Assembly: GCA_040905465.1 (NCBI GenBank) | Contig: JBBDRK010000029.1 | Span: 87,521 to 110,064, forward strand | DNA from: Trueperaceae bacterium | GTDB lineage: Bacteria > Deinococcota > Deinococci > Deinococcales > Trueperaceae | DNA: 22,544 nt | Reading direction: 5' to 3' | Shown here: piece after piece, positions 16,748 to 22,544 of the stretch | Layout: every line of letters begins with the position of its first letter | Numbering within the stretch: position 1 is the first letter of the stretch | Translations under genes and position numbers: made by a program | The notes under the pieces: generated by a model | Told to the model about the DNA's origin: nothing | What the model saw: only the letters and a program-made list of their open reading frames with translations | Database searches by the model: none

Positions 16748-18472
16748 TCAGCTTCCGTTCATCCACTCGGCCAGGAACATGCCGGCCGGTATGTAGACCG
16801 CGCCGGGCGTGTTCAGCTTGCCGAGGTCACGCAAGGCATCGACCGAGATGTCGGCGATGCGGCCTGAGTCGTCCCACGGGGCCAGGAGCGTGTAAGGCGA
16901 CCAGGAGAAGCCCAGAGTGTTGAGTCGTTTCCAGTCCCCATCCGAGGGAATACCGGCGCGCGTCTTGCCTCCGCCGATATCGCGGGCGAACCAGTCGCGA
17001 CCGGTCTCGGCGCCGTCGACGTCGATTACCCACTCGGCCACAGGGTTGGCGAACCGGGGCATATTGCCTGCGTCGGCCCAGCGGTCGAAGCCTTCGAGGT
17101 ACATCTCGATCGCGTCGGTGTGGAAGTAGCGGGCGTAGGTGGTGGGGTGCAGGTAATTCTCGCCTCCGCCTTCGCTGAGCACGCTGCGTGCCCACACGTA
17201 GCCGGAGTCGGACCCCACGCTCGTCTTCTTGATCTCGTTGTCCCAGAGAATGCGGCTGTTGCGCTCGGCCTCGTCCAGGTAGCCTTCCACGCCGGTCAGT
17301 TTGTACATGTAGTAGTGGTACTTGAGCCCGGACATGTAGGTATGGGTGTGGGGCCGCATGAGGACCGGGAAGCCGGTCGGCTTTCTCTTGCGCTCGCGCC
17401 ACTTGGCCTCGAAGTCGTTGACGAGGTAACCCTTCCAGAAGTCGGCGTGTTTTCCGTAATCACGGCCGGAAGGGCTGGCGAGATCACGGTTCAGGTCCAA
17501 CGCGTAGGCGAAGCCGGCCACGATGGCGTGGGTCTTCACGTCGTTGGTCTCGTGGATGTCCTTGCCCTCGAACTCAGGGTAGCTGCCCATGCGGTGGGCC
17601 CAACCGAGATGCCCGTCGGTGGTTCCGTCGGTCCCGTCGAGGGTGCCGGTCCACGCGTCGCGTAGCTCGCCACGCATGATCTCGGCCAGCCGGTCCACCT
17701 CATCCAGAAGTGCGAGATCGCCGGTTGCCCTGAACACGATCAGCAGTGTCTGAAGATGAGTGTGAAGGTCCCGCGAGTAGACGTAGACGTCGTCGCTGGC
17801 GGCCATCCGGTCAGGGTCGAGGTCGGAATCGGGGTTACGGGTAGCAGCCCACATGCGCTCATACCAGAGGCGCTGTTCGCTGGTCAGCCGGTCGACATCG
17901 AAGTCCGGATTGCCTGTCAGGCTGAAGTCGCTGCGAACGGCGGGCGAGCCGGAACCGCTGCCGTCTGAGCCACTGCTTTCGTCGCTGTCCTCTTCAGCAC
18001 CGCCGTCTGCATCGGGGTCGATCTCGAGCACCACTGCGAGACTCACGCCGGCACCGTCATCGTCCCCGGCGGTTCCGGTAGCAGCGATCTCCACCAGCTC
18101 TTCGACGGTGAAGTAGCCTGCCTTCATCACCACCACCTTGTAGCGTCCCGGCTGCAGGTCGAAGCGCAGCTCGCCGGAACCGTCGGCGGCCGCGGTGCCG
18201 CGCGGCGGGATTCCGGTTGTCTCGAAACCCTCCTCGACCACCACTACCTCGGCATCGGACGGACTGACGCTGAGAAGGAAGTTGCCCTGCTGCGAGGGCT
18301 GAATGCCGACAGGCAGTCGCTGTACCGCGCAACCGGCGAGCACCAGCGCCAGCAGACCTGCGAAAAGCGCCGGGAGCGCCGCTTTCAGCTTCGACCACTT
18401 GCTGGGAGGGAGCACTACGGTGGAGTCGACGGAGGTGTAATTCTCGGGGGCGTGCCAAAAGCTTCTCGCCAC
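16748..18472 (-). CDS. Uncharacterised lipoprotein B: PEGA/CarboxypepD-reg-like beta domain, acidic Ser/Gly linker, then a domain paralogous to lipoprotein A
   Basis: AGGAG 8 nt before GTG, LAG-C48 lipobox, LSVSPSDAEV...LQPGRYKVVVMKAGYFTVEELVEI, linker DADGGAEEDSDESSGSDGSGSGS, and a C-terminal ~390 aa colinear with lipoprotein A. Confidence 0.85.
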   Translation of the reverse strand: MARSFWHAPENYTSVDSTVVLPPSKWSKLKAALPALFAGLLALVLAGCAVQRLPVGIQPSQQGNFLLSVSPSDAEVVVVEEGFETTGIPPRGTAAADGSGELRFDLQPGRYKVVVMKAGYFTVEELVEIAATGTAGDDDGAGVSLAVVLEIDPDADGGAEEDSDESSGSDGSGSGSPAVRSDFSLTGNPDFDVDRLTSEQRLWYERMWAATRNPDSDLDPDRMAASDDVYVYSRDLHTHLQTLLIVFRATGDLALLDEVDRLAEIMRGELRDAWTGTLDGTDGTTDGHLGWAHRMGSYPEFEGKDIHETNDVKTHAIVAGFAYALDLNRDLASPSGRDYGKHADFWKGYLVNDFEAKWRERKRKPTGFPVLMRPHTHTYMSGLKYHYYMYKLTGVEGYLDEAERNSRILWDNEIKKTSVGSDSGYVWARSVLSEGGGENYLHPTTYARYFHTDAIEMYLEGFDRWADAGNMPRFANPVAEWVIDVDGAETGRDWFARDIGGGKTRAGIPSDGDWKRLNTLGFSWSPYTLLAPWDDSGRIADISVDALRDLGKLNTPGAVYIPAGMFLAEWMNGS

Positions 18473-18480
18473 GTTGGGGG

Positions 18481-18560
18481 CTCCTACTCTCTCTGCTGCC
18501 GCGAGCCGTTTACGGGCTGGGGCAGCAACCTACTGGGATTTCGAGGGAGAGAGTAAGGAG
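18481..18560 (-). promoter_or_regulatory. RBS-sequestering hairpin (riboswitch expression platform)
   Basis: CUCCUUACUCUCUC (18560-18547) pairs with GAGAGAGUAGGAG (18493-18481, containing the SD), giving 13 bp plus one bulge. It stacks on UGCUGCC/GGCAGCA. Confidence 0.7.
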
Positions 18561-18574
18561 ACGGAAAAGTTCGC

Positions 18575-18658
18575 GACCCCCTCGGCCGGTTGCGCCACTG
18601 GCTCGATCCGACTCAGGCGCCCATGTTTGGAGCCGGACTTCATAGCCTCCGAGGGGTC
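18575..18658 (-). ncRNA. Cyclic di-GMP class II (c-di-GMP-II) riboswitch aptamer
   Basis: GACCCCUCGG A GGC UAU GA A GUCCGGCUC CAAACAU GG GCGCC U GAGUCGGAU C GA GCC AGU GGCGC AA CC GG CCGAGGGGGUC. It shows a closing stem, a kink-turn (GGC/GCC, 3-nt bulge, tandem GA), a 9-bp stem, a GG-GCGCC/GGCGC-AA-CC pseudoknot and the 3' AGURGYGCAACCGRCC-type motif. Matched by eye to the class II consensus as I recall it. Confidence 0.85.
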
Positions 18659-18799
18659 AAGACATTTCCCCTCCGACGATCAGCACGGTATCCCTGTCGA
18701 TTCTAAGAACAATTAGCCGGTGCTGTTCAGCGGCTTCGGTGATCCGGGCATTTATTGCGCTCAGCACGGCCGAAAGCCCCGCGGGTGCGCTCACTGGAA

Positions 18800-18817
18800 T
18801 CGTGAGAGCCCTCACGA
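18800..18817. promoter_or_regulatory. Palindromic CRP-like operator TCGTGAG-agcc-CTCACGA (GTGA-N6-TCAC)
   Basis: Perfect 7-bp inverted repeat with CRP/FNR-family core spacing, upstream of the riboswitch leader. Confidence 0.45.
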
Positions 18818-18890
18818 ATGTGAAAAACCCGTGATTGACATTCCGTGTCTGGCACGGCATCGCCGATGAGTATTACCTGAACGAGAACCC

Positions 18891-20141
18891 TCACGTTGCC
18901 CGGGCACCGCGCACCGGCGCCGCTGCTCGCCTCGCCGCCGCATGCCGGTCAGCCGCAGCCCGCCAGACGCGCAGGTATTCGCGGCTGGTGTGCGCCATAT
19001 CGAAGTTTCGAACCACGTGCTCGCGCGCCCCGTCAGCCATGCCTGCCGGCACTCGCCCGGCGAACACGTCGTCGATGGCCTGCGCCGCCGCCTCGGGCGC
19101 GTGCATCGGTACTATCAGCCCCGTCTCTCCGTCCACCACCAGCTCGTCGATCCCTGGCGTTGGCGTGGTTATGCAGACGGCGCGGCACGCCATCCCCTCT
19201 TTCACCACGTTCGGAAGACGCTCGGAGCTCTTTCGGGACAGCAGCAGGAACACTTCGGCCGCCGCCAACTCCTCTATCACCCGCTCCTGGCTCACGTGTC
19301 CCGGGAAGCTCACGCGATCCTCGATTCCTAGCCGGGCAGCCTGGGCGCGCAACCGCTCTCTCTCGGGACCGTCGCCCAGGATGACAAGCGATGCGTCCGG
19401 CCAACGCGAGCCAAGCGTGGCGAACGCCGCGAGCACGTCATCGACACCCTTCGATTCGATCAACCGGCCGGCCGTGACCACCCGCCTGGCCACCTTGCGC
19501 CGTCCCGCGGCGACACCCTCCAGAAAGGCGATATCGACGCCGTCGTGGATGACCTCTATCTGCTCCGGTGGCACGCCGGTGAGGGCGGCCACCCCGGGAA
19601 CGTTTACCCGGCCCAGGGTGCGGATGACCTGGGAGTTGCGGGCGACGGCGCGGGTACCGCCGAACGCCATCTCCAGGTCGTAAGCGGCGAGAGAGATCGA
19701 CGTCGCCACTTCCGGCAGCGCCCGCTGGACCAGGAAACCGACGATCGCCGGGTAGTGCCCCCAGTAGATGTGGACCACCTGGGGTCGACTCTGGCCGATC
19801 TCGGCCAGGATGTCGAAAGCGCGCGGAAGCAGGACCAGGCTTCGTACGAGCTCCACGAGGCGGCCCGCGGAGGAGCGCAGCAACCAGCCTATCGCCTCGG
19901 CCAGCAAACGGCGCTGTGCGAGAGCTCGAGCCACGCCCCTCGCAGTAGCCCTGATTCCGTTGTGGCTGATGCTCACCGGCTCGAGCCGGCGTTCCCTGAT
20001 GAGCCGGTCCGCGGAACGGTGCTCGGGCAGGAGCCCGTGGACCGAGATGCGGACTCCCAGCCGGGTCAGCTCCCGGACATCGTTGCTGGCAAACGTTTCC
20101 GACGGCGCCGGAAACTGCATGGTCACATAGCAGACCCTCAC
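18891..20141 (-). CDS. GT4 glycosyltransferase (paralogue of 9567..10829)
   Basis: VCYVTMQFPAPSETFASND, AGRLIESKG and ERLPNVVKEGMAC. GTG start. Confidence 0.9.
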   Translation of the reverse strand: MRVCYVTMQFPAPSETFASNDVRELTRLGVRISVHGLLPEHRSADRLIRERRLEPVSISHNGIRATARGVARALAQRRLLAEAIGWLLRSSAGRLVELVRSLVLLPRAFDILAEIGQSRPQVVHIYWGHYPAIVGFLVQRALPEVATSISLAAYDLEMAFGGTRAVARNSQVIRTLGRVNVPGVAALTGVPPEQIEVIHDGVDIAFLEGVAAGRRKVARRVVTAGRLIESKGVDDVLAAFATLGSRWPDASLVILGDGPERERLRAQAARLGIEDRVSFPGHVSQERVIEELAAAEVFLLLSRKSSERLPNVVKEGMACRAVCITTPTPGIDELVVDGETGLIVPMHAPEAAAQAIDDVFAGRVPAGMADGAREHVVRNFDMAHTSREYLRVWRAAADRHAAARRAAAPVRGARAT

Positions 20142-20169
20142 TCATACCCCCCGCGGGTTGTGAGCGCGC

Positions 20170-21192
20170 TCAGCCGGGTGCGAGCGCCGGTTCGTAGAAG
20201 CCGAGGTACCAGTCGACGAAGCGGTCTATCCCGTCCTCGACCGAGGTGGCCGGCCGGAAGCCGACGTCCCGCTCCAGGTCGGCCACCTCTGCGCATGTCG
20301 CCGGCACGTCCCCCGGCTGCATCGGCAGCATCCTGGTCTTGGCGCGCTTGCCCAGCTTGGCTTCGAGCGCTCCTATCAGGTGCATGAGTCGCACCGGATT
20401 GTTGTTGCCGATGTTGTAGAGCCGGTACGGCGCCAGGCTGGTGGCAGGGTTCGGGCTGGCGCCCGACCAGTCCGGGTCGGCTCGCGCCGGCCGGTCCAGG
20501 ACCCTGGCCACCCCTTCGACGATATCGTCGACATAGGTGAAGTCACGCTGCATCTCACCGTGATTGAACACGTCGATCGGTTCGTCCGCCAGAATCGCCT
20601 TGGTGAACAGGAACAACGCCATGTCCGGCCGGCCCCAGGGGCCGTAGACGGTGAAGAAGCGCAAGCCGGTGGTAGGGATGCGGTACAGATGGCTGTAGCT
20701 GTGCGCCATGAGTTCGTTCGACTTCTTGGTGGCGGCGTAGAGGCTCAGCGGGTGGTCGACGTTGTCGTCGACCGAGAACGGCATGGTCGTGTTGGCCCCG
20801 TAGACCGAGCTCGACGAGGCGTAGACGAGGTGCTCCACCGGGTTGTGACGGCACCCCTCGAGGACGTTCATGAATCCGGCGAGGTTGCTCTCCACGTATG
20901 CGTGGGGATTCTCGAGCGAGTAACGCACGCCCGCCTGGGCGGCCAGATTTACCACCGCCTGCAGTTTCTCGCGCGCGAACAGGGCGGCCATCGCGTCGCG
21001 GTCGCTCAGGTCGATCTGCCGGAACGCGAAACGCTCGTACTGTTCCAGCAGGTCGAGGCGTGCCAGTTTCAGGTCTACGTCGTAGTAGGGGTTGAGGTTG
21101 TCGAGGCCGACCACTTCGTCTCCGCGCTCGAGCAGCGCCCGGGAGAGGTGGAATCCGATGAAGCCGGCGGCTCCGGTTACCAGTACGCGCAT
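20170..21192 (-). CDS. NAD-dependent UDP-uronate 4-epimerase (CapI/Uge-like SDR)
   Basis: [53 protein letters not shown] and RDFTYVDD. Confidence 0.95.
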   Translation of the reverse strand: MRVLVTGAAGFIGFHLSRALLERGDEVVGLDNLNPYYDVDLKLARLDLLEQYERFAFRQIDLSDRDAMAALFAREKLQAVVNLAAQAGVRYSLENPHAYVESNLAGFMNVLEGCRHNPVEHLVYASSSSVYGANTTMPFSVDDNVDHPLSLYAATKKSNELMAHSYSHLYRIPTTGLRFFTVYGPWGRPDMALFLFTKAILADEPIDVFNHGEMQRDFTYVDDIVEGVARVLDRPARADPDWSGASPNPATSLAPYRLYNIGNNNPVRLMHLIGALEAKLGKRAKTRMLPMQPGDVPATCAEVADLERDVGFRPATSVEDGIDRFVDWYLGFYEPALAPG

Positions 21193-22472
21193 CAGAAACT
21201 CCAGTAGGTGAGGGTATCGGGAAGGGTGCGTCCCTTCAGCATCGCCTTGACGTCGACGATTACGCCGTCCGGTTTTATCAGGCGCCCGAGATCGTTGCAG
21301 ACCTGCTCGGCATACCCGGCGTGAGCCACGGCGACGATCAGGGCGTCCAACTCGTGGAGCTCGTCCCAGCCGGAGAGCCTGATGCCGGTTTCGACCTCGG
21401 CCTCCTCGGGATCGGCCAGCGAATCGTGTACCAGCGGCTCGATTCCGAAGTCACGCAGCTCGGCCACGATGTCGGGCACTCGGCTGTTGCGCAGGTCGGA
21501 GACGTTCTCCTTGAAGGTCAGGCCGAGCAGGCCGACCCGGGTCGCTCGCATGGGGGTGTCGCAGTTGGCCAGCAGCTTGATCGCCTTCTGGGCGACGAAC
21601 GCTCCCATGCCGTCGTTGATCCGGCGCCCCGCCAGGATCACCTGCGGGTTGTAACCGACCTCCTCGGCTCGGGTGGTCAGATAGTAGGGGTCGACGCCGA
21701 TGCAGTGGCCACCTACCAGTCCCGGCCGGAACGGCAGGAAGTTCCACTTGGTCGAGGCCGCCTCGAGTACGTCGCTGGTGCGGATGCCGAGCCGGTCGAA
21801 GATCAGGACCAGTTCGTTCATCAGCGAGATGTTCAGGTCGCGCTGGGTGTTTTCGATGACCTTGGCAGCCTCGGCCACCTTGATCGACGGCGCCCGGTAA
21901 ACACCGGCCGGAATGATGGTGCCGTAGGCCTTGGCCACGCGCTCGAGCGTCGCCTCGTCCTGCCCGGACACGACCTTGACGATTCGTTCCAGCGTGTGTT
22001 CGCGGTCGCCGGGGTTGATCCGTTCCGGCGAGTAACCCAGGGCGAAGTCGACTCCGGCGCGCAGGCCGGAGGTCGCTTCGAGGATGGGACCGCAGATCTC
22101 CTCGGTAACGCCGGGATAGACGGTGGATTCGTACACGACCACCGACCCCGGCGCGAGACGCTTGCCGACGATCTCAGAAGCTCCCCGCAACGGCCGCAGG
22201 TCGGGCCTGCGATTGGCGTCTATCGGGGTGGGGACGGCTACGACGAACATCGAGCACCCGGCCAGGTCGGCGTCGTCGAAACTGAAGGTGATCGGCACGG
22301 CCGCTATCTCCTCGGCCGAATGCTCGCCGGTCCGGTCTTTGCCGGCAGCGAGCTCCTCGATCCTCCGCTGGTTGATATCGAAACCTATAGTGTCCGGAAA
22401 ACTTCGGGCGAAAGCGAGCGCGACTGGCAGGCCCACGTACCCGAGACCTACGACGGCGATTCTCTCGTTCAT
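21192..22472 (-). CDS. tviB: UDP-N-acetylhexosamine 6-dehydrogenase, TviB/WbpO/CapL-like
   Basis: [43 protein letters not shown] (catalytic Cys) and GLTFKEN. TGATG coupling to the epimerase. The symbol denotes the subfamily; the exact substrate is not proven. Confidence 0.93.
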   Translation of the reverse strand: MNERIAVVGLGYVGLPVALAFARSFPDTIGFDINQRRIEELAAGKDRTGEHSAEEIAAVPITFSFDDADLAGCSMFVVAVPTPIDANRRPDLRPLRGASEIVGKRLAPGSVVVYESTVYPGVTEEICGPILEATSGLRAGVDFALGYSPERINPGDREHTLERIVKVVSGQDEATLERVAKAYGTIIPAGVYRAPSIKVAEAAKVIENTQRDLNISLMNELVLIFDRLGIRTSDVLEAASTKWNFLPFRPGLVGGHCIGVDPYYLTTRAEEVGYNPQVILAGRRINDGMGAFVAQKAIKLLANCDTPMRATRVGLLGLTFKENVSDLRNSRVPDIVAELRDFGIEPLVHDSLADPEEAEVETGIRLSGWDELHELDALIVAVAHAGYAEQVCNDLGRLIKPDGVIVDVKAMLKGRTLPDTLTYWSF

Positions 22473-22544
22473 CTACTCTCTTTCCCGGCGCGAGTGATCA
22501 TCGGCGATCCCTGTCGGCTAATCTCGAATGTCGAACGGCAAACC

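Noticed and set aside
18835-18840. Perfect TTGACA on the + strand
   Set aside because: No TANNNT at 16-18 nt spacing, and it would point antisense into the GT4.
18474-18860. Small ORFs 18474..18716 (+) and 18657..18860 (-)
   Set aside because: The region is better explained by the riboswitch, promoter and operator; there is no coding evidence.
1-22544. CRISPR arrays, tRNA/rRNA, transposases, integrases
   Set aside because: No repeat-spacer periodicity, RNA gene signatures or mobile-element ORFs were seen.

Overview
A high-GC bacterial surface-glycan (capsule, EPS or glycoprotein) biosynthesis locus with 17 supportable CDSs in several alternating transcription units. It encodes a TviB/CapL-like UDP-HexNAc dehydrogenase, a CapI/UDP-uronate 4-epimerase, four GT4 and two GT2 glycosyltransferases, a DegT aminotransferase, a small phosphoglycosyl transferase, a hexapeptide acyltransferase, a CapK-like adenylate-forming enzyme, a PglK/MsbA-type ABC exporter and an APH/choline-kinase-like kinase. 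Three predicted lipoproteins are embedded: a 7-repeat FG-GAP beta-propeller and two paralogues (A and B) of a family I do not recognise, probably alpha/alpha-toroid enzymes. The non-coding DNA holds two main signals. (1) A complete c-di-GMP-II riboswitch with an RBS-sequestering hairpin lies directly upstream of lipoprotein B. (2) A repeated promoter architecture, (GC)TGTGA(C)-N31/32-TANNNT, precedes six transcription units and looks like a class II CRP-family activator regulon, partly with leaderless mRNAs. These traits suggest Deinococcota (inference only). The best candidate for a new system is a c-di-GMP- and CRP-like-regulated uronic-acid glycan with its own uncharacterised glycan-remodelling lipoproteins.
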